A stretch of DNA of 64,000 bases from positions 2,855 through 66,854 of the forward strand of contig JAIRJZ010000042.1 of NCBI GenBank assembly GCA_031260355.1, written 5' to 3'. The position numbers and the translations under genes are program-made. The notes under the pieces are model-generated. The model saw only the letters and a program-made list of their open reading frames with translations, did no database searches and had not been told where the DNA came from. This document shows positions 10,103-20,321 of this stretch, one piece after another. How positions within the stretch are numbered: the stretch's first letter is position 1; each line of letters starts with the position of its first letter. The DNA comes from Burkholderiales bacterium. Lineage in GTDB: Bacteria; Pseudomonadota; Gammaproteobacteria; Burkholderiales; Casimicrobiaceae.

Positions 10103-10300
10103 TCACTTTTTGAAAAGATCCAGCGCTTTGAGGGCATTGCCCAGAAGGCCGGACAGATCCCCGGCGGAAGCATTTGCCGCCTCTTTGTTATTGCTGCCAT
10201 CACTCAATAACTTCTCTAACGTATTAATCACGACCCCGCATATTTTCGGATCGATCCCTGATTGCTTGGCAACAAGAGCTATGATCACTGACTTATCCAT
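10103..10300 (-). CDS. Hypothetical 65-aa protein with an HU/IHF N-terminal-helix-like start
   Basis: A strong SD (gggaggaacc) sits immediately before ATG 10300. MDKSVIIALVAKQSGIDPKICGVVINTLEKLL resembles HU helices 1-2 but lacks the beta-arm. The locus is AT-richer. Confidence 0.5.
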   Translation of the reverse strand: MDKSVIIALVAKQSGIDPKICGVVINTLEKLLSDGSNNKEAANASAGDLSGLLGNALKALDLFKK

Positions 10301-10621
10301 GGTTCCTCCCTTGGTGGTTTCTTCATTGACGACTCCATAACCCATCAACCGCACATGAGGAACACAAAAAACTTCTTTGCGCTTCCTGCGTTCTGTGCGA
10401 TCAAAAGGTTTCCCTGGTGCCCGACATGTTACGCCAGTTCCTCCGACGTTACCACCGTTGCCCCGACCGGTCGCATGGATAATAGGTTGTTGTCGGCGAT
10501 AACACGCAACACTGCGTCAACAGGATTTGACAATCTTTGTTAATCGCAAAGATTGCAACGAATGGAAAAGGTTGGCGCTTTGTGCCTTATGCGGCCAAAT
10601 GATTTTCCGCTCTCTGGCACG

Positions 10622-11557
10622 TCACCCCAGTTCTTCCGGCGTCACTACCGCCGTCCCGAACTTGCCGACGACGATGCCGGCGGCTTCGTTGGCAAAATAA
10701 ACCGCATCCCGCAGCGGTGCACCCGCCGCCAGAAAAACGCCGAGCGTCGCCACCACGGTATCGCCCGCGCCGGAAACGTCGTAAACCTCACGCGCATGGG
10801 TCGGTATGTGCCATGCGCCTTCTTCGGTGAAAAGACTCATCCCCTCTTCGGAACGCGTCAATAACAGCGCCGACAGGTTCAACCTGCGACACAATTGCGC
10901 AGCCTTCTCCGCCAAATCGTCCTCATCGCGCCAAGCGCCTACGATTTGCTGCAATTCACTGCGGTTGGGCGTGATCATGAACGCGCCCCGATACTTTTCC
11001 CAGTCGCTGCCTTTGGGATCAACGACGACCCGCTTCTCCGCCGCCGCTGCGCTTTCGATCATTTGGGTGATGTGATGCAACCCGCCTTTGCCGTAATCGG
11101 AAAGCAGCACGATATCGGTGTTCTTGACTTGCGCATTGAATTCGGCGAGCTTGCCGGCCAAGGCTTCGCGCGATGGCTGCGTTTCAAAATCGACGCGCAG
11201 CAACTGCTGCTGCCGACCGATCACACGCAGTTTTACCGTCGTCGGCAGTTGCGCGTCACGCTGAAACAGCGAGATCACTTTCTCGCCTCGGATCAACGCC
11301 TCCAACTTCCTTCCGGCTTCATCATTGCCGACCACCGACAGCAATGTCGCCCGACTGCCGAGTGAGGCGGCATTACGCGCGACGTTGGCGGCACCGCCGG
11401 GTCGTGCTTCTTCGCGCGCCACCCGAACGACTGGCACCGGTGCTTCCGGAGAAATGCGTTCGACCTCGCCGAACCAATAGCGGTCGAGCATCACATCGCC
11501 GACCACCAGCACCCGGGTTTTCGCCAGTTTGTCTTTCCAGTCGGCAAAGCTCGTCAT
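10622..11557 (-). CDS. hldA: D-glycero-beta-D-manno-heptose-7-phosphate kinase (RfaE domain I only)
   Basis: [44 protein letters not shown]. About 311 aa, so there is no adenylyltransferase domain. The ATG overlaps the udg TGA (TGATG). Confidence 0.9.
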   Translation of the reverse strand: MTSFADWKDKLAKTRVLVVGDVMLDRYWFGEVERISPEAPVPVVRVAREEARPGGAANVARNAASLGSRATLLSVVGNDEAGRKLEALIRGEKVISLFQRDAQLPTTVKLRVIGRQQQLLRVDFETQPSREALAGKLAEFNAQVKNTDIVLLSDYGKGGLHHITQMIESAAAAEKRVVVDPKGSDWEKYRGAFMITPNRSELQQIVGAWRDEDDLAEKAAQLCRRLNLSALLLTRSEEGMSLFTEEGAWHIPTHAREVYDVSGAGDTVVATLGVFLAAGAPLRDAVYFANEAAGIVVGKFGTAVVTPEELG

Positions 11558-12882
11558 CAGCGCCGTCCTATCCCAAAATACTCCAACCCCGCTTCGCGCA
11601 CGCTCTGCGGATCGTAGATATTGCGACCGTCGAACAACAACGGTGTTTTGAGCTGTTGGCGAATCGCCGCAAAATCGGGAGAGCGGAACGCCTTCCATTC
11701 CGTCACCAGCACCAGCGCATCGGCGTCGCGCACCGCCTCCATCGCCGAGTTCGCATAAACAATGCTCAGTTCTTCCTGACCGAAAACACGGCGCGCTTCT
11801 TCCATCGCCACCGGGTCGTAGGCAACGACTTGCGCGCCGCGTTGCAGCAGTTCGCGGACGATGATCCGCGACGGCGCTTCGCGCATATCGTCGGTGTTCG
11901 GCTTGAACGCCAGCCCCCACAAAGCGATCGTGCAACCGGACAAATCGTCGCCGAGACGTGCGCAGATTTTTTCGATCAACACATGCTTCTGCCGTTCGTT
12001 GGCGCGTTCGACCGCGGCCAGCACATGAAGCGGCACTCCCGCTTGCGATGCCGTTCGCAACAAGGCTTTGACATCCTTGGGAAAGCAACTGCCGCCGTAA
12101 CCGGAACCGGCGTACAAAAAGTCGTAGCCGATCCGGGGATCGGAACCGATGCCTTGCCGCACCCGCTCGATGTCCACGTCCAGCCGATCCGCCAGATTGG
12201 CCAGTTCGTTCATGAACGAGATGCGCGTCGCCAGCATCGCATTGGCAGCGTATTTGGTGAATTCCGCCGAACGCACATCCATCATCAAGAGCTGTTCGTG
12301 ATTTCCCAGAAACGGCGCATACAACTCCCGCATCACTCGCGCCGCCCGCACATGGTCGGTGCCGATAACGACCCGGGCTGGCGTCATGAAGTCGTCGATG
12401 GCGGCGCCTTCTTTCAGAAACTCCGGATTCGACACCACAGTGAACTCCGCTTGCGAACGGCGAATCTCCAGTTCTTCGGCAATCACGCTCCGTACACGGT
12501 CGGCAGTACCCACCGGCACCGTCGATTTGTCAACGATGATTTTCCATTCCGTCATCCGCCGACCGATGTTGCGCGCCGCTTCCAGCACATACTGCATATC
12601 GGCCGAACCGTCCTCGCCGGGCGGCGTTCCCACCGCGATGAACTGCAACGCCCCGAACGCTACCGCATCATCGATATCGGTCGAAAAATGCATGCGCCCC
12701 GCCGCCACGTTGCGCGCAATCATTTCCTGCAAACCGGGCTCGTGAATCGGCACACCGCCGTTTTGCAGAACGTCGATTTTGCGTTCGTCGATATCGAAAC
12801 ACAATACTTCGTTGCCAACTTCGGCGAAGCACGCCCCCGTCACCAGCCCCACATAGCCGGAACCGATCATGGTGATTTTCAT
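11557..12882 (-). CDS. udg: UDP-glucose 6-dehydrogenase
   Basis: [26 protein letters not shown] (Rossmann fold) and catalytic GGSCFPKD. Confidence 0.93.
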   Translation of the reverse strand: MKITMIGSGYVGLVTGACFAEVGNEVLCFDIDERKIDVLQNGGVPIHEPGLQEMIARNVAAGRMHFSTDIDDAVAFGALQFIAVGTPPGEDGSADMQYVLEAARNIGRRMTEWKIIVDKSTVPVGTADRVRSVIAEELEIRRSQAEFTVVSNPEFLKEGAAIDDFMTPARVVIGTDHVRAARVMRELYAPFLGNHEQLLMMDVRSAEFTKYAANAMLATRISFMNELANLADRLDVDIERVRQGIGSDPRIGYDFLYAGSGYGGSCFPKDVKALLRTASQAGVPLHVLAAVERANERQKHVLIEKICARLGDDLSGCTIALWGLAFKPNTDDMREAPSRIIVRELLQRGAQVVAYDPVAMEEARRVFGQEELSIVYANSAMEAVRDADALVLVTEWKAFRSPDFAAIRQQLKTPLLFDGRNIYDPQSVREAGLEYFGIGRR

Positions 12883-12910
12883 AACATCTCTTCTCGTTCA
12901 ACAAATATTT

Positions 12911-14098
12911 TCAGCGAAAACCTTCCGGCGTATCGTTGCGCCGCGCCTGCGTCGTCTCCCACTTCTGACATCCCGGGCAACGCCAATAGTACTGGCGCGC
13001 GCGAAACCCGCAGCGCGTGCAGCGATACTGCCCCATCTTTTTCAGATACGGCGCCACCTGATTTTTGATCAGCAACAAGCGCTGCTGCGCTTCCGGCGAC
13101 GAAACCGCACTCAATCTCGCCTGCAACCAATGGTCGAGGCTGAACAAACTCGGCCTCTGTTCGATTTCGTCACGCGCCCGTTGTTCTGCCGCCTGCGGCC
13201 CTTCGACCGCAAGACTCAAATGGAACAACGCATGGAAGACATCGAGCGACGGCGCTTCCTGCTGCCAGCGCGCCAACAGCCGGAGCGCGTAATCGGTTTG
13301 ACCTGTCTGTTGGCAGGCCTTGACGATCCGTTCCGCCGCCAGCCCCAGCGAGGCGATCTGATGCGAAGCGATTTGCTCCCACGCCGCCAACGCCTTGTCC
13401 GGCGCGGACACATCCCGCGCCATCTCAATATCGCCCTGAATCAGAAATGCCCGCACGCAAGCGCGGTATTCGGCAAACGCCTGCTCGACATTCTGCTGCG
13501 CCAACATCAGATCGCCGCGTACCAGCGCCTCTTCGGCCATTTCGCAGTGGTAATACGCGATCTCCTTGAAGTGCGGCGTCTGCGCTACGGCCTCCATCCG
13601 CCGCGTCACCCGGATCGCTTCCGGCCAATGCTTTTCGGTTTCGTAGATTTCCAGCAAATAGCCCAGCGCTTCGTGCTCGAAGCGCGTTCCTTCAAGTTTC
13701 AAAAACAGGGCTTCGGCGCGATCCAGCAAACCGGCACGATTGAAATCCTGAGCCAATTCAAATTCGGCGCGTTCACGGTCAGACGCCGCCAACTCGGGTC
13801 GGTCGAGCAACGCCTGATGCATCCGGATCGCCCGCGAAAATTCTCCCTGTCGCCGAAACAGCGTTCCCAGCGCAAAATGCAAGTCCAGCGTTTTCGGGTC
13901 TTTTTCGGCAACGACCATGAACGACTCGATCGCCCGATCAGGCGCTTCGTTCAGCAGTGAGTTGAGCCCTTCAAAATACGATCGCGGCAATTCCCGCGCC
14001 TCCGCCAGCAATTGCCGAATATCGATCCGCGCCGCCACCCAGCCCAGCATGAAAAACACAAACGGGATCAGCAGCAACCACCACAGTTCAATGTACAC
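12911..14098 (-). CDS. lapB: Lipopolysaccharide assembly protein B (TPR + rubredoxin-like Zn finger)
   Basis: N-terminal TM helix, TPR repeats, and C-terminal YRCTRCGFRARQYYWRCPGCQKWET. Confidence 0.9.
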   Translation of the reverse strand: MYIELWWLLLIPFVFFMLGWVAARIDIRQLLAEARELPRSYFEGLNSLLNEAPDRAIESFMVVAEKDPKTLDLHFALGTLFRRQGEFSRAIRMHQALLDRPELAASDRERAEFELAQDFNRAGLLDRAEALFLKLEGTRFEHEALGYLLEIYETEKHWPEAIRVTRRMEAVAQTPHFKEIAYYHCEMAEEALVRGDLMLAQQNVEQAFAEYRACVRAFLIQGDIEMARDVSAPDKALAAWEQIASHQIASLGLAAERIVKACQQTGQTDYALRLLARWQQEAPSLDVFHALFHLSLAVEGPQAAEQRARDEIEQRPSLFSLDHWLQARLSAVSSPEAQQRLLLIKNQVAPYLKKMGQYRCTRCGFRARQYYWRCPGCQKWETTQARRNDTPEGFR

Positions 14099-14143
14099 GA
14101 TGCGCTACCCTCTATCGTAACTTGCCTGAATCTCTGCCGCTCG

Positions 14144-14491
14144 TCAGGATGCGGGCGGCGGCGTTTTCTCGTCAGTTGGCGCCGGCAGCGAAACGCCGGA
14201 AGAAGAAACGTCGGATGATGAAAAAGCTGCCGGAGCGGTTTCATTCTCATAAGCCTGCAACGCCTTGCGCGTTTTCTTCAGTTCCCGCTTGACCCGCACC
14301 ACCCGAAAAACCCCAGCCAGCATGCCCAGCGTCACCCCCAGCGCAAAAGCGCAGAACACGACGAAAATCAGCGGCGCCTGCCAGCTTCCGAATCCGAAGA
14401 AACGCAGCGTCACCTGGTCGGCATTGGCAAACGACAGCAACAAGACGGCAAGAAAAATGACGGCTCCGGTAACCCAGCGGACGATGCTCAT
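14144..14491 (-). CDS. lapA: Lipopolysaccharide assembly protein A (DUF1049)
   Basis: Two TM helices (MSIVRWVTGAVIFLAVLLLSF..., LIFVVFCAFALGVTLGMLAG). Lies between ihfB and lapB, the conserved order. Confidence 0.8.
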   Translation of the reverse strand: MSIVRWVTGAVIFLAVLLLSFANADQVTLRFFGFGSWQAPLIFVVFCAFALGVTLGMLAGVFRVVRVKRELKKTRKALQAYENETAPAAFSSSDVSSSGVSLPAPTDEKTPPPAS

Positions 14492-14546
14492 GACGCATTC
14501 CTTGCAAACAAAATTTTCATGGGTACTTTATAAACCGGCTTCGCCT

Positions 14547-14587
14547 AAAAAGAAAGAGGCGCCATCAAAGCGCCTCTTTCTTTTTTA
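14547..14587 (-). terminator. Rho-independent terminator after ihfB
   Basis: aaaaagaaagaggcgc-catcaaa-gcgcctctttcttttttt is a GC stem with T-runs on both strands. Confidence 0.75.
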
Positions 14588-14594
14588 CAAGAAC

Positions 14595-14882
14595 CTACGA
14601 TTTTTCTCTCAAATCCACCCGCTCGCGCAATTCCTTGCCGGCTTTGAAGTGCGGAATGTGCTTTTCGGGCACCCGCACCTGTTCGCCGGTTTTGGGATTG
14701 CGGCCAAGCCGCGGCGGTCGGTAATTGAGTCCGAAACTGCCGAAGCCGCGGATTTCGATCCGCTCCCCGCGCGCCAGCGCCGCCGTCATCGCGTCAAGAA
14801 TCGTCTTGACAGCGAATTCGGTGTCTTTGGCCAGTTGCGGAAACTGCGCGGCCAGACGGTCGATCAATTCCGATTTCGTCAT
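14595..14882 (-). CDS. ihfB: Integration host factor subunit beta
   Basis: [17 protein letters not shown]...[27 protein letters not shown]. Confidence 0.93.
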   Translation of the reverse strand: MTKSELIDRLAAQFPQLAKDTEFAVKTILDAMTAALARGERIEIRGFGSFGLNYRPPRLGRNPKTGEQVRVPEKHIPHFKAGKELRERVDLREKS

Positions 14883-14890
14883 ACCTCTGT

Positions 14891-16612
14891 TCACGTATTG
14901 TCTTTGTTGTCGAGCTTGGCTTTCAGCAGCGCCCCAAGGTTGGTCACGCCAACGCTGCCGGCATTCTCGGTCTTCATCCGCTGCATTGCCTCGCTTTCAT
15001 CGGCACTGTCTTTTTGCTTGACGGACAGGTTGATCGTGCGGTTCTTGCGATCAATGTTGATGATCATCGCCGACACCTTGTCGCCTTCTTTCAAGTGCTG
15101 ACGAATGTCCTCGACCCGGTCGCGCGACAATTCCGACGCCCGCAGATACCCTTCGACTTCGCCTTCGATCAACGTCACCACAGCGCCCTTCGCATCCAAG
15201 CTCTTGACCGTACCCTCGACGATGCTGCCCTTGTCGTTGATCGCCACAAAGTTGGTGAACGGATCGCCTTCAAGCTGCTTGACGCCCAGCGAAATGCGCT
15301 CGCGCTCGACATCGATCGCCAGCACCACCGCCTCGATCTCCTGCCCTTTCCGGTAATCGCGCACCGCCGTTTCTCCCGGCAACGTCCACGACAGGTCGGA
15401 CAGATGCACCAGACCGTCGATGCCGCCCGGCAAACCGATGAAGACGCCGAAATCGGTGATCGACTTGATCGCGCCTTTCACATGGTCGCCCTTCTTGTGG
15501 TTCATCGAGAACTCTTCCCACGGGTTGGGCTTGCACTGCTTCATGCCCAGCGAAATGCGACGGCGTTCCTCGTCGATCTCGAGAATCATCACCTCGACTT
15601 CATCGCCCAGTTGGGTAACCTTGGTCGGGTGAATGTTCTTGTTGGTCCAATCCATCTCGGAAACGTGCACCAGCCCTTCAATGCCCGATTCGACTTCGAC
15701 GAAGGCACCGTAATCGGTGATGTTGGTCACCTTGCCGAACAAATGGGTTCCCGGCGGATAACGGCGCGACAGCCCGCTCCACGGATCGTCACCAAGCTGC
15801 TTGATCCCCAGCGAGACGCGGTTTTTGTCCTGATCGAACTTGAGTACCTTGGCCGTCACCTCATCGCCCACCGCCAACACTTCCGACGTATGCTTGACCC
15901 GGCGCCAAGCCAGATCGGTGATGTGGAGCAGACCGTCAACACCGCCCAGATCGACGAAGGCGCCGTAATCGGTGATGTTTTTGACGATGCCCTTGACGAC
16001 GGCACCTTCGGTCAACGTCGCCATCAGTTTTTCGCGGTCTTCGCCCAGCGACTCTTCCAGCACGGCACGGCGTGATACCACGACGTTGTTGCGCTTCTTG
16101 TCGAGCTTGATGACCTTGAATTCCATCGATTTGTTTTCGTACGGCGACGTGTCCTTGATCGGCCGCACGTCGATCAGCGAACCCGGCAAGAAAGCGCGGA
16201 TGCCGTTCATCATCACCGTCAGGCCGCCCTTGACCTTGCTGGTTACCAGGCCTTGCACCAGCGTTCCTTCTTCCATTGCGATTTCGAGATCCTGCCAGGC
16301 TTTCAGACGTTTGGCCTTGTCGCGCGACAAGCGCGTGGTACCGTAGCCGTCTTCAATCGAATCGATCGCAACCGTGATGAAGTCGCCGGCTTTCACCTCG
16401 ACTTCACCGTTATCGTTCTTGAATTCCTCGATCGGAATGAAACTTTCCGATTTCAAACCGGCGTTGACCACAACAACGTTGTAATCGACCCGGGTCACTT
16501 CAGCGGTGATCAATTCACCTTGCCGCATTTCCTGACGGGCAAGCGACTCTTCAAACAGCGCCGCAAAACTTTCAGAAGCCGCCGGAACAGCGGAGGGAGT
16601 AACAGTAGCCAT
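14891..16612 (-). CDS. rpsA: 30S ribosomal protein S1
   Basis: Six S1 repeats (e.g. [20 protein letters not shown]). MATVTPS...[10 protein letters not shown] start at 16612. Confidence 0.95.
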   Translation of the reverse strand: MATVTPSAVPAASESFAALFEESLARQEMRQGELITAEVTRVDYNVVVVNAGLKSESFIPIEEFKNDNGEVEVKAGDFITVAIDSIEDGYGTTRLSRDKAKRLKAWQDLEIAMEEGTLVQGLVTSKVKGGLTVMMNGIRAFLPGSLIDVRPIKDTSPYENKSMEFKVIKLDKKRNNVVVSRRAVLEESLGEDREKLMATLTEGAVVKGIVKNITDYGAFVDLGGVDGLLHITDLAWRRVKHTSEVLAVGDEVTAKVLKFDQDKNRVSLGIKQLGDDPWSGLSRRYPPGTHLFGKVTNITDYGAFVEVESGIEGLVHVSEMDWTNKNIHPTKVTQLGDEVEVMILEIDEERRRISLGMKQCKPNPWEEFSMNHKKGDHVKGAIKSITDFGVFIGLPGGIDGLVHLSDLSWTLPGETAVRDYRKGQEIEAVVLAIDVERERISLGVKQLEGDPFTNFVAINDKGSIVEGTVKSLDAKGAVVTLIEGEVEGYLRASELSRDRVEDIRQHLKEGDKVSAMIINIDRKNRTINLSVKQKDSADESEAMQRMKTENAGSVGVTNLGALLKAKLDNKDNT

Positions 16613-16741
16613 TGGGGTTGGTTCCTTAATGGTTGAGACCGCCGCGCGAGAACCCTGTATCTCGCCGCCGACGGGCCGATTCATAAAATGTTCTTCAACA
16701 GCCGGCTAAAGCTGCGGAGAACCGTTGCTTTTGCAGAAACG

Positions 16742-17431
16742 TCAGCAGACGGCAAAGTCGTCCAGACGCGAACGGCAATACGTCAGCGCCTGCGCCAATA
16801 CTGCCGGCGCGTCCAACGTCGTCGTATCGATTTTCAAGGCATCCGGCGCCGCTTTTAACGGCGCCACATCGCGTCCGGCATCGCGCGCGTCGCGCTCGCC
16901 GATTTCCTGCAAGAGGGTGGTTATATTACTCGGTAACCCTTTTTCGATCAACTGTTTATGGCGGCGTTGCGCACGCGCTTCGACGCCGGCGGTGATGAAA
17001 ATCTTGCACGCAGCATCAGGAAAAACCACTGTTCCCATGTCACGACCGTCCGCCACCAGTCCCGGCAGCCGCCGCGCCATGCGCTGCGCATGTAACAGTG
17101 CCGCCCGCACCCCTTCCAGTGCTGCCACCTTCGACGCCGCCGTGCCGACCTCCTGTTGGCGCAGTGTCCGCGACACCTCGCGGCCGTCCAGCCAGACCGC
17201 CTCGCCGTCGAAACGCGGACGCAAACCAACCGCCAGCCGTATCAGCGTCGCCTCGTCGGTCAACGGCACCCCGCTTTCCAGCGCCTTCCAACCGACCATC
17301 CGGTAAAAAATGCCGCTGTCGAGCAAGTGAAAGCCCAGCGTCGCCGCCAGCCCAGCCGCCAGCGTGCCCTTGCCGGAAGCGGCGGGGCCGTCGATGGTAA
17401 CGACAGGAATGGAGGAGGCCGAAGAGGTCAT
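16742..17431 (-). CDS. cmk: Cytidylate kinase
   Basis: VVTIDGPAASGKGTLAAGLA P-loop. Lies upstream of rpsA as usual. Confidence 0.93.
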   Translation of the reverse strand: MTSSASSIPVVTIDGPAASGKGTLAAGLAATLGFHLLDSGIFYRMVGWKALESGVPLTDEATLIRLAVGLRPRFDGEAVWLDGREVSRTLRQQEVGTAASKVAALEGVRAALLHAQRMARRLPGLVADGRDMGTVVFPDAACKIFITAGVEARAQRRHKQLIEKGLPSNITTLLQEIGERDARDAGRDVAPLKAAPDALKIDTTTLDAPAVLAQALTYCRSRLDDFAVC

Positions 17432-17478
17432 CCGGTGATTTTACCCAATCCCGGGCTTACCCAACCCCAGACGACCAC

Positions 17479-17508
17479 AAAAAAAGGACGGGATTACCGT
17501 CCTTTTTT
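17479..17508 (-). terminator. Rho-independent terminator after the cytochrome c gene
   Basis: The minus strand reads aaaaaaggacgg-taatc-ccgtcc-ttttttt. Confidence 0.75.
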
Positions 17509-17528
17509 GTCCTCAGGTACGACGCCGA

Positions 17529-17822
17529 TTATTTCTTGTTCAGCGACGATTCCACCATGGCTTTGAGTTCGTCGTCGGTCGCCGCAACTTTCATGTGTCC
17601 CTGACCGTCCTTGAGCTTTTTAATGGCATTCGGCACCGCGTCCTTGTCATTCGCGTATTTGGCCGATAACTCCTTGTAGCTCGGGCCCATTTTCTTGGCT
17701 TCGACATCATGGCAATTCGTGCAGCCTTTGCTCTTCTTCAGCGCCTCTACATCCTGCGCCGAAGCCGCGCCCACCGACAGCAGCGCACCCGCCGCCACCA
17801 ACATCATGACTTTCAATTTCAT
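17529..17822 (-). CDS. Monoheme class I cytochrome c (c551/c552-like), periplasmic
   Basis: Signal peptide MKLKVMMLVAAGALLSVGAASAQ, a single CTNCH heme motif, and a distal Met in GQGHMKV. Confidence 0.8.
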   Translation of the reverse strand: MKLKVMMLVAAGALLSVGAASAQDVEALKKSKGCTNCHDVEAKKMGPSYKELSAKYANDKDAVPNAIKKLKDGQGHMKVAATDDELKAMVESSLNKK

Positions 17823-17879
17823 ATTTTCTCCTTCTTCAAGCGCCTGTTTGCGCGATTCCACAAAAAGTTTCTGCCTTCC

Positions 17880-18389
17880 TCATTCCGGCGCCTTGTGCGC
17901 CACGCCCTTATGACAGTCTATACAAATCTGCCCACCCTCCAAAGCACCAACGTGCAAGTCTTTCAGATACTCTTTTTCCAGGTTCTCAACCGTATCCATG
18001 TGATGGCAGTTACGGCATTCCTGCGCGCCATTGGCTCTGAGCCGCGCCCATTCGTTTTCCGCCATTTCCTTGCGCTTGGCCTCGAATTTTTCCGGCGTAT
18101 CGATCACGCCGGTAAGGTGTCCGTAAACCTCTCCGGCCGCCTTCATCTTGCGCAACATCTTGGGCACGAACGACTTCGGAACGTGGCAATCCGAACACCC
18201 CACGCGAACCCCGTACGGGTTGGAATAGTGTTTGGACTCCTTCCATTCTTTGGTGGCATCGTTAGCGTGGCACGATGAACAGAATTCATCGGTCCCGGTG
18301 GCATGCAGCGAGTAGTTCATCGTCCCCAGCCCTACCACACCGACGACAATGCCCACCGCCAACCAAAGCCATGCAATTTTTTTCTTCAT
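17880..18389 (-). CDS. NapC/NirT-family membrane-anchored tetraheme cytochrome c
   Basis: N-terminal TM helix and four CxxCH motifs (CSSCH, CSDCH, CRNCH, CIDCH). Confidence 0.85.
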   Translation of the reverse strand: MKKKIAWLWLAVGIVVGVVGLGTMNYSLHATGTDEFCSSCHANDATKEWKESKHYSNPYGVRVGCSDCHVPKSFVPKMLRKMKAAGEVYGHLTGVIDTPEKFEAKRKEMAENEWARLRANGAQECRNCHHMDTVENLEKEYLKDLHVGALEGGQICIDCHKGVAHKAPE

Positions 18390-18608
18390 CGAAACTTTCC
18401 CTTCCTATAACGAACGGTTCGTGCGGCGCCGCCTGCGGCCTGCTTTACCCGCCACGAACTCTCAATAATCAATCACTGCGCTTAACCGTACCCACAATCG
18501 TACCCAAACAACCGCGCGATCCTAGCATGGGTCTGGTGCCAATGCCATACAACAATTCAACTTTGGAGCGATGTTAATCGAAGCTTGTTTCAATTCTCTC
18601 CCATATTT

Positions 18609-18622
18609 CTGATCTAAATCAA
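18609..18622. promoter_or_regulatory. Putative FNR/Dnr-type box (cTGATctaaATCAa)
   Basis: Palindrome TGAT-N4-ATCA, matching TTGAT-N4-ATCAA except for the first base. It lies about 220 nt upstream of the NapC/NirT start in an AT-rich spacer. Confidence 0.35.
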
Positions 18623-18691
18623 AAATATGCGTTTTTCCGAGAAAAAAAGTCGGCTTTTCCTGTCAACGCTTCCCCGATCCCCGAACTCGCA

Positions 18692-20320
18692 CTACGTCAG
18701 GATAAAAATCACTATCCCGGCCAGCACTGCGAACACGACGCTGGCGCGCAGCGTCGCGCGCAGCATCGACGCCTCGCGCCCCATCAGCCCCACAGCGGCG
18801 CAAGCGACCGCGATCGATTGCAGCGAAATCATCTTCCCGGCTGCCCCGCCCAGCATATTGGCCGCCACCAGCAGCGTGTCGGAAACGCCGATCTGGTGCG
18901 CAACCGTCGCCTGCAACGGCGCAAACAAGGCGTTGGACGCCGTATCCGAGCCGGTCAGGAAAACACCGAACCAACCCAGCGTCGGCGCCAACAGCGGATA
19001 CATTTTGCCACTTCCGGCAAGCGCCAGCGCCAAGGTCGCCGACATTCCGGCATAGTTGGTCAAGGTGGCAAACGCCAGCACCAGACCGATCGTCAATACC
19101 GTCGGCCACAGGCTGACGCAGGTTTCCCTGAACACGCCCAGCACAAATTTTGGCCGCCAACGCAGACACGCTGCCGACAACAGCGTCGCCAGAAAAATAC
19201 CGGTACCCACCGCACCGAGCATGTCGAATCTGAACACGGCCGGATACAACTCCGCGCCGAGAACGACCGGCGCCGTTTTATAAACGACCCCATGCAAAAA
19301 CGGCACTTCCAGCCACCGCGTCGTTTCTGACAACATCCCGTCGGGCGCAAACCAGGACTGAAAACTCTTGTTGCCCCACAACACCACACACATCGTCAGC
19401 AAACCGAACGGCAGCCAGGCCGTGGCGATACGGCGGGCTGTCAACGGCGGCGTCTCCATCATCGCCGGATAAATCGGCGTGTGTTCGCGCAGGTGAAGCG
19501 CTTTGGTCGGCTGCCAGAAACGCAGCAGCACCACCAGTGACACCATGCAAACGAGCGCCGCCGTGATCGCCGGCAATTGTGGGCCGATCCACAGCGCCGT
19601 CGCCATCATCGTCCCGGAGAAGCTCACTCCCGCCACCAGCAGTGCCGGCCAGATGTCGCGCGCGCCGCGCCACCCGGCCAGCGCCACCACCACCCACCCC
19701 AACGTCAACAGCGAAAACAGCGGCAACAAAGTACCGGCAATCGCCGTCAGCGCCGCCAGATCGGCATGACTCACCTGCGCCGCCACGGTGATCGACGTTC
19801 CCATTGCCCCGAAAGCCACCGGCGCCGTGTTGGCAATCAAGCACAGCGTCGCCGCCCGCAGCGGATCGAAGCCCAGCCCGACCAGCAGTGCTGCGGTGAT
19901 CGCCACCGGCGTACCATAACCGGCAGCGCCTTCGAGAAACGCGCTGAAAGCGAAGCCGATCAAGATCATTTGCAACCGCGCATCGGGCGTGACCGACGCG
20001 ATCGACGCCCGTACCACTTCGAACTGCCCGCTTTTGACCGTCAGCCGATACAAAAACACGACACCGCCGATAATCCAGACAATCGGCCACAAACCGTAAG
20101 CAAACCCGTAAAGCGCGGCAGCGACCGCCGACGCCACCGGCATTCCGTACACCGTCACCGCCACCGCTGCCGCCAGCAACAGTGTTCCGGCCGCCGCCCA
20201 GTGCAAGCGCCAGCGAAGCACCGCCAGCGTCACAATAAAGAAAAGGATCGGCAGCGCCGCCGCCAGCGTCGATCCCGCAACCTGATGCAGCGGATCGTAA
20301 GATTGCAGCCAAGGCGTCAT
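18692..20320 (-). CDS. lctP: L-lactate/glycolate permease (LctP family)
   Basis: MTPWLQSYDPL... start. Polytopic protein with typical LctP length and motifs (GFAFSAFLEGAAGYGTPVAI). Confidence 0.9.
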   Translation of the reverse strand: MTPWLQSYDPLHQVAGSTLAAALPILFFIVTLAVLRWRLHWAAAGTLLLAAAVAVTVYGMPVASAVAAALYGFAYGLWPIVWIIGGVVFLYRLTVKSGQFEVVRASIASVTPDARLQMILIGFAFSAFLEGAAGYGTPVAITAALLVGLGFDPLRAATLCLIANTAPVAFGAMGTSITVAAQVSHADLAALTAIAGTLLPLFSLLTLGWVVVALAGWRGARDIWPALLVAGVSFSGTMMATALWIGPQLPAITAALVCMVSLVVLLRFWQPTKALHLREHTPIYPAMMETPPLTARRIATAWLPFGLLTMCVVLWGNKSFQSWFAPDGMLSETTRWLEVPFLHGVVYKTAPVVLGAELYPAVFRFDMLGAVGTGIFLATLLSAACLRWRPKFVLGVFRETCVSLWPTVLTIGLVLAFATLTNYAGMSATLALALAGSGKMYPLLAPTLGWFGVFLTGSDTASNALFAPLQATVAHQIGVSDTLLVAANMLGGAAGKMISLQSIAVACAAVGLMGREASMLRATLRASVVFAVLAGIVIFILT

Positions 20321-20321
20321 G

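Noticed and set aside
11173-13068. Very long ORFs antisense to or overlapping annotated genes. Examples: 11173..13068 (+, 631 aa), 66..1277 (+), 6258..7589 (+), 12869..13960 (+), 40952..42025 (-), 57811..58866 (+).
   Set aside because: Their translations are Arg/Pro/Ala/Gly/His-rich low-complexity strings typical of non-coding frames in GC-rich DNA. Each lies opposite a gene with clear family motifs, and none has a recognisable domain or ribosome-binding context.
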